From an uncultured Clostridia bacterium (GTDB lineage Bacteria; Bacillota; Clostridia; TANB77; CAG-508), in the NCBI GenBank assembly GCA_947584805.1, contig CANPWU010000002.1:10421-74420 (forward strand): 64,000 nt of DNA, read 5' to 3'. The notes under the pieces are model-generated. The model had not been told where the DNA came from, made no database searches, and worked only from the letters and a program-made list of their open reading frames with translations. A program made the position numbers and the translations under genes. Below, in pieces: positions 41,417 through 51,442 of this stretch; positions within the stretch are counted from its first letter, which is position 1, and every line of letters begins with the position of its first letter.

Positions 41417-41712
41417 TTTATAAAACGAAATCATTTTATAATATTATAAATAGAAATTTGTTTTAAAAATTTTATAAAATATTTAGAAAAATTATATTTA
41501 AATTTGTAAAAATTTTAATTACAACAAATGTTTGCTTTTTTAAATTTAATGTTCACACCAATATAAAATTTTTAGTTTTCGACATCTTAATTTTAAATTA
41601 TAAATTGTATTTTTGTGATTTTGCAATTTTTATTTATAATTTGATTTATATTATAAAAGTTCTACATAAAAGAAAGAAAAAATGTTCGCCTTTTCAAAAC
41701 TACCCCTTTCTC

Positions 41713-42522
41713 CTACTCTCTCTCTTCTTCTTTTATTTCGCCATTATAAAATATTGGAACATTATTCCAATTAAGTAGAATAGAAATGCTTATTGACAAA
41801 TTCCCTTTTCCGCTTCCTATATCAATATCTGGTTTATTTTGTCCGTGATAATCGCTTCCTCCTGAAATTAACAAGGATTTCCTTTTACACAGCTCAACTA
41901 ATTTACTTGACTGATTGTCTGTGAATGATGAATAATAGCATTCTATACCATCTATAGGATATGTTTGCAACAAATATCTTAAAATATTTATTGAATTATC
42001 TCTATATTCAAATATATGAGGTATAAATACCTTTCCATTAGAAGCCCTTATTAAATTTATAACTGATTCTAAACTTGGCAAAATATCATCCATATCTATA
42101 AAAAATGGGCTTTGTGGGTTTGAAATATACTGTCTATATAGAACCATACTATTTTTCCATGCATCTTCTTCTATAATATTTTTATTTGCTTCATTTTGAA
42201 TTAACATATGATGTAAATATTGAGAAGGATAGATTTTGGGAGAATAATTTTTTACAAAATTTGGATCTAATTTAATTCCGGCTCTTACACATTTATCATA
42301 TAGTTTTTGAATTTCTAGTCGATTTCTATCTTCAGCAGAAAGATACATTCCTTTTAATTTTTGTTGGATTATGTCAGGATTTACTCCATAACCTAAAATT
42401 TCTATTGGAATTCCTAAAGCTAATGTACTAAGCTCTATTCCTGCAATTATTTTGCCTCTATAATATTGTGATATATCAATATTATTTAATTCTTGATAAG
42501 CAGCATATGTTACTCCTTTTCC
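41713..42522 (-). pseudogene. PHP-domain phosphoesterase, 5'-truncated
   Basis: The frame is open from 42522 down to the stop at 41713, but two TAA codons lie directly upstream. The N-terminal roughly 40 aa, including the first His motif, are missing. The retained part includes ...IIAGIELS... and ...SGGSDYHG.... Confidence 0.55.
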
Positions 42523-42638
42523 TTATTATATAATATAATATAATATTTTTTATCATATGTAAATCTTTTTTAATAATTTATCTAGAAATCAAATTTTATC
42601 ATTGAATTAAAAATGTATCATGCATTTCGTTTTTAAAT

Positions 42639-42667
42639 TTGCGTTTTACATAAAAAAGTGATATAAT
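42639..42667 (+). promoter_or_regulatory. sigma-A promoter for ORF 42718
   Basis: TTGCGT, 17-nt spacer, TATAAT. Confidence 0.5.
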
Positions 42668-42717
42668 ATATAAAAACTATTTGGAAAAGTTTTCAATTAA
42701 AGAAAGGAGTTTTTACA

Positions 42718-43458
42718 TTGGCAAACGACAAACTTGTCTGGGTTGAGGATGTAGGACGGTATGTATTAAGATATGAAAGTTCAATTCAACTTTCATTCGG
42801 TAGAAAATATTTTACTTATGATGCTACCGATAAGACATTACCAAAACTTCCTGATTACAAGGAGACTACACTGAAATCTTTGGGAATTCACTATGAATTC
42901 ATCGAGTGTCGGATCACTAACCCTGAGTCCAACTACTGCAACTACTGCGAAATCTATGACCCTGCGGTTGTAGAGTGGGTCGACTTTACTGCTCCACTTG
43001 ACAGAGTGGATGTGTATGGCGATGTAGTAGAAAGAGGTCAACAGCAAATCACCAGCAAAATCCCGAGCGAAAGAATGCTCGAAGCAGCGAAAAAATACTA
43101 TGATAATGCGATGAGCAAAATCAAAGAAAGACAATCAAAAGAAGAGTTTGATGCTCTCTTCGAGCACGAAAGCAAAGATGGAATTTCATTTTGTTGGTTG
43201 TGGGTTGGAAAAAAGGCAGCCAGTGAGAAGATTCCTTATTTGCAGGACAAATATTACTTCTTCGAATTCCGACGCAGTTCAGACAGGTCATGGATTGTGA
43301 TACTCAAGTCAGCAGTCAAAGGAAAAAGGACCTTAACTGTAAAAGTTCCATGGCCTCTTGTCGGGGCAGCAATAGGCAGAGACGGAGAAAATGCGAAAAA
43401 GATCAGTCAAGACCTCGGCCTCAGGTATGTAAAAATCCTGCCTGATTATGAAAATTAA
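42718..43458 (+). CDS. hypothetical protein; compositionally atypical, uses CGG as Arg (two sites)
   Basis: 246 aa with a TTG start after AAAGGAG. In-frame CGG at 42757 (VGRYVL) and 42910 (ECRITN). The C-terminal ...LVGAAIGRDGENAKKISQDLGL resembles a KH-type GxxG RNA-binding motif. About 40% G+C by eye. Confidence 0.5.
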   Translation: MANDKLVWVEDVGRYVLRYESSIQLSFGRKYFTYDATDKTLPKLPDYKETTLKSLGIHYEFIECRITNPESNYCNYCEIYDPAVVEWVDFTAPLDRVDVYGDVVERGQQQITSKIPSERMLEAAKKYYDNAMSKIKERQSKEEFDALFEHESKDGISFCWLWVGKKAASEKIPYLQDKYYFFEFRRSSDRSWIVILKSAVKGKRTLTVKVPWPLVGAAIGRDGENAKKISQDLGLRYVKILPDYEN

Positions 43459-43467
43459 ATGGGAAAC

Positions 43468-43508
43468 AGCCGGAAGTTCATAATTGACTTCTGGCTGCCC
43501 ATTTTTTT
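43468..43508 (+). terminator. intrinsic terminator
   Basis: CAGCCGGAAGT-tcataatt-GACTTCTGGCTG followed by CCCATTTTTTT. Confidence 0.7.
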
Positions 43509-43632
43509 ATTATTTAACTCTAATTTTAAATTATTTTTACGAAATATTTAAGAATTTTGAACTAAAATAATTATATTTTAGTTTATTTTTATAAATTTAT
43601 GTATTATAATATATTTGGAATAAAAAATAAAT

Positions 43633-44628
43633 ATGGAGGCATATATGATATCTGAAAGCGAAAATCCAGAATTTTTAAATGCTTTTTTGCAATATTCTAC
43701 TGTCATTTTAAATAAATCAAAAAATAGCGTAAAAGAATATAATTATGATCTTTCAAACTTTTTTAAGTTTATGTCTAATCACTTTGGCTTGACTTCTCAT
43801 GAAAATATAAAAGATACAGATATTCATTCGTTAGACATTGACTTTTTAAAGAAAATTGAACTTCAAGATATTCATTCATATCTATTTTATTTAAAAGATA
43901 CATATAATTGTAAGCCAGCAACAATTGCAAGAAAAGCTTCTACAATTAGAATATTTTTTGCATATATGACTAATAAAGAAAAACTTCTAGAAGTAAATCC
44001 TGCTCAAAATTTAGAAAATCCAAAACTAGAAAGAAGGCAGCCTAAATACTTAACCCTCGAAGAAAGTCAAAATCTATTAAAAGTATCTGAAAACGAAGAC
44101 AATAGAAATAGTGAGAGAGATTTTGCAATAATTACTCTATTTTTAAACTGTGGTATGCGTCTATCTGAGTTAGTATCAATAAACATTCCTGATATTAAGT
44201 TCGATGACTGCAAATTGACTGTAATTGGAAAAGGAAATAAAGAAAGAACGATATATTTAAATAAAGCTTGTATGGATGCTTTACAAAAATATTTAGGGGT
44301 AAGACCTATAGAAGGTATAAAACAAGGTGATGAAAAAGCACTATTTTTAAGTGAAAGATTAGAAAGAGTAAGCAAAAGAACTGTACAATATGTAGTTGAA
44401 AGAGAATTAAAACGTGCAGGACTAGATACAAATAAATATTCAACTCACAAATTAAGACATACAGCTGCAACACTTATGTATCAATATGGAAATGTAGATA
44501 TAAGAGCTTTACAAGAATTACTTGGACATGAAAGCATTGCAACAACTGAAATATATACACATGTTTCAAACGAACAAGTTAGAAATGCAGTTGAAAGTAA
44601 TCCATTAGCAAATGGATATAAAAAATAG
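43633..44628 (+). CDS. tyrosine recombinase, XerC/XerD family
   Basis: 331 aa with the catalytic motifs ...GMRLSEL..., HKLRHTAAT and LLGHESIATTEIYTHV. Confidence 0.82.
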   Translation: MEAYMISESENPEFLNAFLQYSTVILNKSKNSVKEYNYDLSNFFKFMSNHFGLTSHENIKDTDIHSLDIDFLKKIELQDIHSYLFYLKDTYNCKPATIARKASTIRIFFAYMTNKEKLLEVNPAQNLENPKLERRQPKYLTLEESQNLLKVSENEDNRNSERDFAIITLFLNCGMRLSELVSINIPDIKFDDCKLTVIGKGNKERTIYLNKACMDALQKYLGVRPIEGIKQGDEKALFLSERLERVSKRTVQYVVERELKRAGLDTNKYSTHKLRHTAATLMYQYGNVDIRALQELLGHESIATTEIYTHVSNEQVRNAVESNPLANGYKK

Positions 44629-44654
44629 CGAGAAAATATACTCGCTATTTTTTT
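44625..44654. terminator. bidirectional terminator
   Basis: ATAGCGAG-aaaatata-CTCGCTAT followed by TTTTTT, between convergent genes. Confidence 0.6.
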
Positions 44655-44949
44655 AAAATGTAGGTATTCTTAAAACTTGATTTTCTTTTAAATTTGAGCT
44701 CTCTAAATTATTAATGTGCTTTATGTTTGAAATTATATCTCTGACATCATCATCTTCATAATAAGGATTAGTTGTTTTTTCTCTTGAAGCAATATCCCAT
44801 AATGTATCTCCTTCTATTACAGTTACTTCTCTATAAGTCATTTCTTGACTTGAAAAAACCTTATTCATTATAATAAAATTCAATCCAATTATTATTCCCA
44901 TTATTATTAAAATAGCTCTTGCAAATTTTTTCTTATTTAATACTACCAT
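44653..44949 (-). CDS. LysM-domain membrane protein (YneA-like candidate SOS cell-division inhibitor)
   Basis: 98 aa with an N-terminal TM helix and a LysM domain (YREVTVIEGDTLWDIAS...). SOS-box-like sites lie upstream. Confidence 0.55.
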   Translation of the reverse strand: MVVLNKKKFARAILIIMGIIIGLNFIIMNKVFSSQEMTYREVTVIEGDTLWDIASREKTTNPYYEDDDVRDIISNIKHINNLESSNLKENQVLRIPTF

Positions 44950-44968
44950 ATGTATCTCTCCTTTTTAC

Positions 44969-45016
44969 CGAACACTCATTTGTTATTATGAATTTATTAT
45001 ACACGAACAAAAGTTT
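44969..45016 (-). promoter_or_regulatory. two LexA (SOS/Cheo) box-like sites
   Basis: CGAACAAAAGTTT (45004-45016) fits GAAC-N4-GTTT. CGAACACTCATTTG (44969-44982) is a weaker copy. Confidence 0.4.
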
Positions 45017-45070
45017 ATTGTCAATACTTTTTTTAAAATTTTTTCAAAAAAATGTTTGTATTTATATTCC

Positions 45071-45637
45071 TTATAACAGTAAGGGCTGAATTTGCTTATA
45101 CTCTAACGCATATTCAATAGATTCAATTATATATTTTGGAGAAAAAGCAAGTGAAGTTGGTTTAGTAATCGGATTATCTTGAGCAAAAGGAATAAAAAAA
45201 ATATTTTTACTATTTAATAACTTTCCAATGTTCTCTGCGTTTGTGCTCAATCCATCTTTTGTCGCTATTCCCAATAATACAGGTTTATTATTTCTTAAAT
45301 GTAATTTAACAGATGAAAGTACAGACGTATCATATATAGAAGATGCAAGTTTTGCTATATGGTTTCCTGAACAGGGACAGATCACTAGAATATCCCCCTC
45401 TTCTTCTTCCGCTTCCCTTTCATCATAAATTATTTTTCTATTTGTTATATTTTCTATTTTATTAATGAAATCTATTGCATTACCGAATTTAGTATTGGTT
45501 GTATAAGCATCTATTGACATTATAGGGATAACATTTCCCTTTTGTTTTATAATTTTCTCCATTTCAGATATAGTATTTTTAAATGTATAAAAAGAGCTTG
45601 TTAAAGCAAATACTATTTTTTTATCTTTGATTTTCAA
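45071..45637 (-). CDS. dpaB: dipicolinate synthase subunit B (SpoVFB/DpaB)
   Basis: 188-aa flavoprotein-like protein. The segments ...NIFFIPFAQDNPITKPTSL...EYKQIQPLLL parallel B. subtilis SpoVFB (NIFFIPFGQDDPFKKPNSM...HQQLQPIL). Confidence 0.75.
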   Translation of the reverse strand: MKIKDKKIVFALTSSFYTFKNTISEMEKIIKQKGNVIPIMSIDAYTTNTKFGNAIDFINKIENITNRKIIYDEREAEEEEGDILVICPCSGNHIAKLASSIYDTSVLSSVKLHLRNNKPVLLGIATKDGLSTNAENIGKLLNSKNIFFIPFAQDNPITKPTSLAFSPKYIIESIEYALEYKQIQPLLL

Positions 45638-45900
45638 GAAAATTTGCCTCCTTAAATATTACTCCATATATTTTATGAAATTATGTAAATTTTGTAGACA
45701 ATAAAATAATTTTAAATATTGACATATTTTGTCGTAATATAAAATTAAAAGCTTGCATTTTGTATAGGTGTTATTTTTAGCAAGCACTATTTTTACCTGT
45801 TAGAATTAAATAGTTTACAAATACCCCTAAAATATGATACAATAATAAATATGTGAACTAAATATTATAAAGATTGAACTTTTAATAAACAAGAAAGGAA

Positions 45901-47454
45901 ATGATAATAAATATGAAAGAAATGGAAAAAATACTTATACTAGATTTTCATGGACAATATAATCAATTAATTGCAAGAAGAGTTAGAGAATGTAATGTAT
46001 ATTCTGAAATAGTTCCCTATGATACAGACATAAGTAAAATCAAAGAAATTGCACCCAAAGGAATTATATTTACTGGAGGTCCATCTAGTGTATATGAAGA
46101 AAATGCTCCAACAATTAATAAAGAAATTTTTGAACTAAATATCCCTATTTTAGGTATTTGCTATGGTATGCAACTTATCACTTATCTTCTTGGTGGAAAT
46201 GTTGAAAAAGCAAATAAGAGAGAATATGGTACAACAAATGTAAAATTTGATAACACCTCTCCTCTATTTGCAGGATTTGGAAACGAAAATGATTGTTTAA
46301 TGAGTCATACAGATTTTGTAGAAAAACTTCCTTTGGGATTCTCAAATATTGCAAGTACACCTAACTGTCCAAATGCAGGTATGGCAAATAATGATAAAAA
46401 AATATATGGTATTCAATTCCATCCAGAAGTAAATCATACTTCTAATGGAATTCAAATAATACATAACTTTGTATATAATATTTGCGGATGCTCTGGAGAT
46501 TGGAAGATGTCTTCATTTGTAGAAGATTCTGTTAAAGCTTTAAGAGAAAAGATCGGAGATAAAAAAGCTCTTTGTGCTTTATCTGGTGGAGTTGATTCTT
46601 CTGTTGCAGCTGTTCTTTTAAATAAAGCTATTGGCAAAAATTTAACTTGCATATTTGTAGACCATGGCTTACTTCGTAAAAACGAAGGTGATGAAGTTGA
46701 AAAAGTATTTAGAGAACAATACGATATAAACCTAATTAGAGTAAATGCAAAAGATAGATTTTTATCAAAGCTTAAACTTGTTTCTGATCCTGAAAAAAAG
46801 AGAAAAATTATTGGAGAAGAATTTATAAGAGTTTTTGAAGAAGAAGCTAAAAAGATTGGCAAAGTCGATTTCTTAGTACAAGGAACAATCTACCCAGATG
46901 TAATAGAAAGTGGAGCTAAAGGTAAAGGACAAACTATAAAAAGCCATCATAATGTTGGAGGCCTTCCAGACTATGTAGATTTCGAAGAAATAATTGAACC
47001 TTTAAGAGACTTATTCAAAGATGAAGTTAGAAAAACTGGATTAGAGCTTGGAATTCCTGAAAATTTAGTATATAGACAACCATTCCCAGGACCAGGTCTT
47101 GCTATAAGAATTATTGGAGAAATTACAGAAGAAAAACTAGATATATTAAAAGAAGCGGATTTCATATTTAGAGATGAAATTGCAAAAGCAGGACTTGATA
47201 GAAAATTAAATCAATACTTTGCAGTTCTTACTAACCTAAAATCTGTTGGTGTTATGGGAGACGGAAGAACTTATGATTATACTTTAGCATTACGTGCTGT
47301 TGAAACATCAGATTTTATGACAGCAACTTGGGCAAGGATACCTTATGAAGTATTAGAAAAAGTTTCTACAAGAATTGTAAATGAAATTAAATATATTAAT
47401 AGAGTTGTTTATGATATAACATCTAAGCCACCAGCTACTATTGAGTGGGAGTAA
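45901..47454 (+). CDS. guaA: GMP synthase (glutamine-hydrolyzing)
   Basis: GATase segment (GICYGMQL) and ATP-PPase segment (SGGVDSSV), with the C-terminal ...KPPATIEWE. The start may be the ATG at 45913. Confidence 0.93.
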   Translation: MIINMKEMEKILILDFHGQYNQLIARRVRECNVYSEIVPYDTDISKIKEIAPKGIIFTGGPSSVYEENAPTINKEIFELNIPILGICYGMQLITYLLGGNVEKANKREYGTTNVKFDNTSPLFAGFGNENDCLMSHTDFVEKLPLGFSNIASTPNCPNAGMANNDKKIYGIQFHPEVNHTSNGIQIIHNFVYNICGCSGDWKMSSFVEDSVKALREKIGDKKALCALSGGVDSSVAAVLLNKAIGKNLTCIFVDHGLLRKNEGDEVEKVFREQYDINLIRVNAKDRFLSKLKLVSDPEKKRKIIGEEFIRVFEEEAKKIGKVDFLVQGTIYPDVIESGAKGKGQTIKSHHNVGGLPDYVDFEEIIEPLRDLFKDEVRKTGLELGIPENLVYRQPFPGPGLAIRIIGEITEEKLDILKEADFIFRDEIAKAGLDRKLNQYFAVLTNLKSVGVMGDGRTYDYTLALRAVETSDFMTATWARIPYEVLEKVSTRIVNEIKYINRVVYDITSKPPATIEWE

Positions 47455-47480
47455 AAAAAGGAGGTCTCCCTCCTTTTTTT
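47455..47480. terminator. bidirectional terminator
   Basis: AAAGGAGG-tctc-CCTCCTTT flanked by an A-run and a T-run, between convergent guaA and guaB. Confidence 0.7.
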
Positions 47481-48990
47481 AATTTCCATAAGAATTATCA
47501 ATTTCTTTTAATATTACATCATGTGCTTTTCCTTCTGATATACTTACATCTGAAACAAGAGTTAATCTTGCTTTTTCATGTAATTCTGGAATCGTTGTTG
47601 CTCCACAATTGCACATTGTAGATTTAATTTTAAGTATTGTTATATCTAATGAATCTTTAAGTGGTCCTGCATAAGGTATGTATGAATCTACACCTTCTTC
47701 AAAAGAAAGTTTATTTTTATCTCCACCTAAGTCATATCTTTGCCAATTCTTAGCTCTATTAGAACCTTCGCCCCAATATTCTTTTACATAGTTATTTCCA
47801 ATTTTTAATACTCTTGTAGGGCTTTCATCAAATCTTGCAAAATATCTTCCCATCATTACAAAATCTGCTCCAAGTGCTAATGCAATTGTTATGTGATGGT
47901 CATGAACAATACCTCCATCAGAGCAAACTGGTATATATATTCCTGTTTCTTCGAAATATTTATTTCTTTCTTCTACAACATCTATTAATGCACTTGCTTG
48001 TCCACGTCCTATTCCTTTTGTCTCTCTGGTTATGCAGATTGAGCCCCCTCCTACTCCAACTTTAATGAAGTCAGCTCCTGCTTCAGCAAGATATCTAAAA
48101 CCTTCTTTATCTACAACGTTTCCAGCACCTATCTTAACATTATCTCCATATTTTTCTCTTACGAAGTCAATTGTTCTCTTTTGCCATACAGAATATCCAT
48201 CAGAAGAATCCATACAAAGTATATCAACTCCTGCATCTACTAAGGCTGGTATTCTTTCTTCATAATCTCTTGTATTAATTCCTGCTCCTACTATATATCT
48301 TTTATTTTCATCAAGCAAAGAGTTTGGATTATTCTTTCTTTCTTCATAATCTTTTCTAAATACTAAGTATTTTAGATTTCCTTCTTCAGTAAGAATTGGT
48401 AAGCAATTTATTTTGTGTTTCCAAATAATATCATTTGCCTCAGATAAAGATATTCCTTTTTTAGCTGAGATTGTGTCTTCTGCTTTTGTCATATAATCAT
48501 CAATTGGAGCATCTAAATTGTCTTTAGATGGTCTATAATCTTTATCTGTAACTATTCCTAAGAATTTTCCGTTTGCTGTTCCATCATCAGTTACTATAAC
48601 TGTTGAATGTCCAGTTTTCTTTGATAATTGCATTACTTCTTTTAAGCTTGTACCACTTTTAACATTTGAATCACTTATAACAAAACCTGCTTTATGTTTT
48701 TTTACACGATAAACCATTTGTGCTTGTGATTCAATGCTTTGTGCTCCATATATAAATGCAATTCCACCTTCACGAGCAAGGGCTACTCCCATTTTTTCTC
48801 CTGAAACTGATTGCATTATTGCAGAACACATTGGTATATTTGCTGAATATTTTGGCTCTTCTCCTTTTTTAAATTTAACAAGTGGTGTTCTTAATGATAC
48901 ATTGTTTGGTATACATTCTTCTGTAGTTAAGTTTGGTAATAATAGAAATTCATTAAATGTTCTTGAAATATCTTCTAAAATTTTGGCCAT
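47479..48990 (-). CDS. guaB: IMP dehydrogenase
   Basis: 503 aa with CBS-domain and TIM-barrel segments and the catalytic loop [12 protein letters not shown]. Confidence 0.92.
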   Translation of the reverse strand: MAKILEDISRTFNEFLLLPNLTTEECIPNNVSLRTPLVKFKKGEEPKYSANIPMCSAIMQSVSGEKMGVALAREGGIAFIYGAQSIESQAQMVYRVKKHKAGFVISDSNVKSGTSLKEVMQLSKKTGHSTVIVTDDGTANGKFLGIVTDKDYRPSKDNLDAPIDDYMTKAEDTISAKKGISLSEANDIIWKHKINCLPILTEEGNLKYLVFRKDYEERKNNPNSLLDENKRYIVGAGINTRDYEERIPALVDAGVDILCMDSSDGYSVWQKRTIDFVREKYGDNVKIGAGNVVDKEGFRYLAEAGADFIKVGVGGGSICITRETKGIGRGQASALIDVVEERNKYFEETGIYIPVCSDGGIVHDHHITIALALGADFVMMGRYFARFDESPTRVLKIGNNYVKEYWGEGSNRAKNWQRYDLGGDKNKLSFEEGVDSYIPYAGPLKDSLDITILKIKSTMCNCGATTIPELHEKARLTLVSDVSISEGKAHDVILKEIDNSYGN

Positions 48991-49043
48991 TATATTATTT
49001 CTCCTTCAAAATTATATTATTTCTAATTACAAAAAGAATTAGT

Positions 49044-49128
49044 ATATCACTAGGCATTCAAGAGAGAAATACCGGAGGCGTGCTGATGCACGGTGAGGAT
49101 TTTCTCTCGCAGAATAACGCCGTGAGAT
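49044..49128 (-). other. about 85-nt extended imperfect hairpin with a GC-rich apex between ackA and guaB
   Basis: The pairings CAC..GGC..ATTC..GAGAGAAAT / ATTTTCTCTC..GAAT..GCC..GTG enclose the core ACCGGAGGCGTGCTGATGCACGGTGAGG, which has an inner CGTGC/GCACG hairpin. Confidence 0.4.
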
Positions 49129-49133
49129 GCTGA

Positions 49134-50333
49134 TTATTTTTGTAATTTAACTAAGTTCATTGTATCTCTTGCTATCACAAGTTCTTCGTTAGTTGGAATT
49201 ACAAATACTTTTATCTTTGAATCTGGTGCAGATATTTCTATCTCTTCTCCTCTTGTTTTATTCTTTTCTGGGTCTAGTTTAACACCTAAGTATTTTAAGT
49301 TATCACAAATTCCTTGTCTTGTAGAAGCGGCGTTTTCACCAATACCTGCAGTAAATACAATTGCATCAATTCCTTGCATTGTAACACCATATTTTGCTAT
49401 AAATTGAGCAACTATGTAGTTGTAAGTCTCAAGCGCAAGAATTGCTCTCTCATTTCCGTTTGCTGCAGCTTCTTCAATATCTCTTGAATCAGGGCTTACT
49501 CCTGAAATTCCAAATACACCTGATTTTTTGTTTAAAATTGTATCAATTTCACTTATAGATAAGTGTTCATTGTCCATTAAATATTTTACTATTGCAGGGT
49601 CTAAATCTCCAGATCTTGAACCCATAGGAATACCAGCAAGTGGAGTTAATCCCATACTTGTATCTAAGCATTTTCCACCTTTAACAGCAGCAATACTTGC
49701 TCCTTGTCCTAAGTGACAAGTAACTATTTTTAAATCATCTCTTAATCCACCCATAAGTTTAGCAGCTCTTTCTGAAACAAATCTGTGAGATGTACCATGG
49801 AAACCATATCTACGAACACCATATTTTTCATAATATTCATATGGTATTGGATAAATATATGCCTTTTTTGGCATTGTTTGGTGAAAAGCTGTATCAAATA
49901 CACCACACATTGGAGTATTTGGCATTAAACGTTTGCAAGCTTCTATTCCCAATATTCCAGCTGGATTATGTAATGGAGCTAATGTGCTACATTCTTTAAC
50001 CTTTTCAATTACTTCATCATTTATAACTACTGAACTTGCAAATTTTTCTCCACCATGAACTAATCTGTGTCCTACAGCATCAATTTCACTTAAGTCTTTA
50101 ATTACACCATATTCTGGGTTTGTAAATTGGTCTAAAACTATTTTAATAGCTTCTTCGTGATTACTAACTGTTTTTTCGATTACATGTTTTTCGTCACCTA
50201 CTTTGTGTGTTAAGAAAGAATTTTCAATTCCTATTCTTTCGAAATTTCCTTTTGCAATAACTTCTTCATTTGTCATATCAATTAATTGATATTTTAAAGA
50301 AGAACTTCCTGAGTTTAATACTAAAATTTTCAT
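49134..50333 (-). CDS. ackA: acetate kinase
   Basis: [17 protein letters not shown]...GHRLVHGG...GFHGTSH... Confidence 0.93.
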   Translation of the reverse strand: MKILVLNSGSSSLKYQLIDMTNEEVIAKGNFERIGIENSFLTHKVGDEKHVIEKTVSNHEEAIKIVLDQFTNPEYGVIKDLSEIDAVGHRLVHGGEKFASSVVINDEVIEKVKECSTLAPLHNPAGILGIEACKRLMPNTPMCGVFDTAFHQTMPKKAYIYPIPYEYYEKYGVRRYGFHGTSHRFVSERAAKLMGGLRDDLKIVTCHLGQGASIAAVKGGKCLDTSMGLTPLAGIPMGSRSGDLDPAIVKYLMDNEHLSISEIDTILNKKSGVFGISGVSPDSRDIEEAAANGNERAILALETYNYIVAQFIAKYGVTMQGIDAIVFTAGIGENAASTRQGICDNLKYLGVKLDPEKNKTRGEEIEISAPDSKIKVFVIPTNEELVIARDTMNLVKLQK

Positions 50334-50381
50334 TTTTTTACCTCACTTTTTATATATTTTTTATAATAAATTTAAACGATA

Positions 50382-51380
50382 TTAGTTAATCTGTGCTTGC
50401 ACACAAGTAATTGCAACAACTCCAACGATATCTTGTGCAGAGCATCCACGTGACAAGTCATTTACAGGTTTTGCAATTCCTTGGCATAATGGGCCATAAG
50501 CTTCTGCTTTTGCAAGTCTTTGTACTAATTTATATGAAATATTTCCAGTATTTAAATCTGGGAATATTAAAGTATTTGCTTTACCAGCAACTTTACTTCC
50601 AGGAGCCTTTGACTTGGCAATTTCTGGAACAATAGCAGCATCTAGTTGTAATTCACCATCAACATGAATGTCTGGTGCTTTTTCTTTAACTAAACGTGTT
50701 GCTTCTATAACTTTATCTACAAGTTCAGATTTTGCACTTCCATAAGTTGAATATGAAAGCATTGCAACTTCTGATTTTTTTCCTACTAAATTTTCAAAAC
50801 TTTTGCTAGAAGATATTGCAATTTCTGATAATTCATCTGCTGTTGGATTAGCATTTAATCCACTATCTGCAAATACAAAAGTTCCATTTTCTCCATATTC
50901 ACAATTTGGAACACACATTACAAAGAATGCAGAAACAAGCTTTGTACCTGGAGCTGTTTTTAATATTTGAAGAGCTGGCCTTAAAGTATCTGCTGTTGAA
51001 TGAGCAGCTCCTGAAACTAATCCATCTGCTTTACCTGATTTTACCATCATCATTCCAAAATATACAGAGTCTAATAAAAGTTCTTTTGCTTTATCTATTG
51101 TCATTCCTTTTTCTTTTCTAAGCTCATAAAGGTTTTGAACATATTCTTCATAATCTCCTGAATTTTTAGGATCTATAATTTGAGCTTTATCTAAATTGTA
51201 GCTATTCTTGCTTGCTAAATTTAAGATTTCTTCTTTGTCTCCTATTAAAACAATATTTGCAAAACCTTCTTTTAAAACTGTACTTGCCGCTTCTAAAACT
51301 CTTACATCATTTGCTTCTGGAAGTACAACAGTTTTTATATCTGACTTTGCCTTATTTTTCATTTCATCAATAAATGACAT
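50382..51380 (-). CDS. pta: phosphate acetyltransferase
   Basis: MSFIDEMKNKAKSDIKTVVLPEANDVRVLEAA... is Pta-like. The track ORF extends to a GTG at 51422; I prefer the ATG at 51380, which has an upstream AAAGGAA. Confidence 0.9.
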   Translation of the reverse strand: MSFIDEMKNKAKSDIKTVVLPEANDVRVLEAASTVLKEGFANIVLIGDKEEILNLASKNSYNLDKAQIIDPKNSGDYEEYVQNLYELRKEKGMTIDKAKELLLDSVYFGMMMVKSGKADGLVSGAAHSTADTLRPALQILKTAPGTKLVSAFFVMCVPNCEYGENGTFVFADSGLNANPTADELSEIAISSSKSFENLVGKKSEVAMLSYSTYGSAKSELVDKVIEATRLVKEKAPDIHVDGELQLDAAIVPEIAKSKAPGSKVAGKANTLIFPDLNTGNISYKLVQRLAKAEAYGPLCQGIAKPVNDLSRGCSAQDIVGVVAITCVQAQIN

Positions 51381-51442
51381 GTTTTTTAATTCCTTTAATA
51401 TATTTGAGTTTTCTTTAGGCACCCATAAGCCTTTATATAAAT

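Noticed and set aside
49000-49133. Purine/guanine riboswitch upstream of guaB.
   Set aside because: The three-way junction and the conserved loop sequences of the purine riboswitch are not present. The element is a single extended hairpin.
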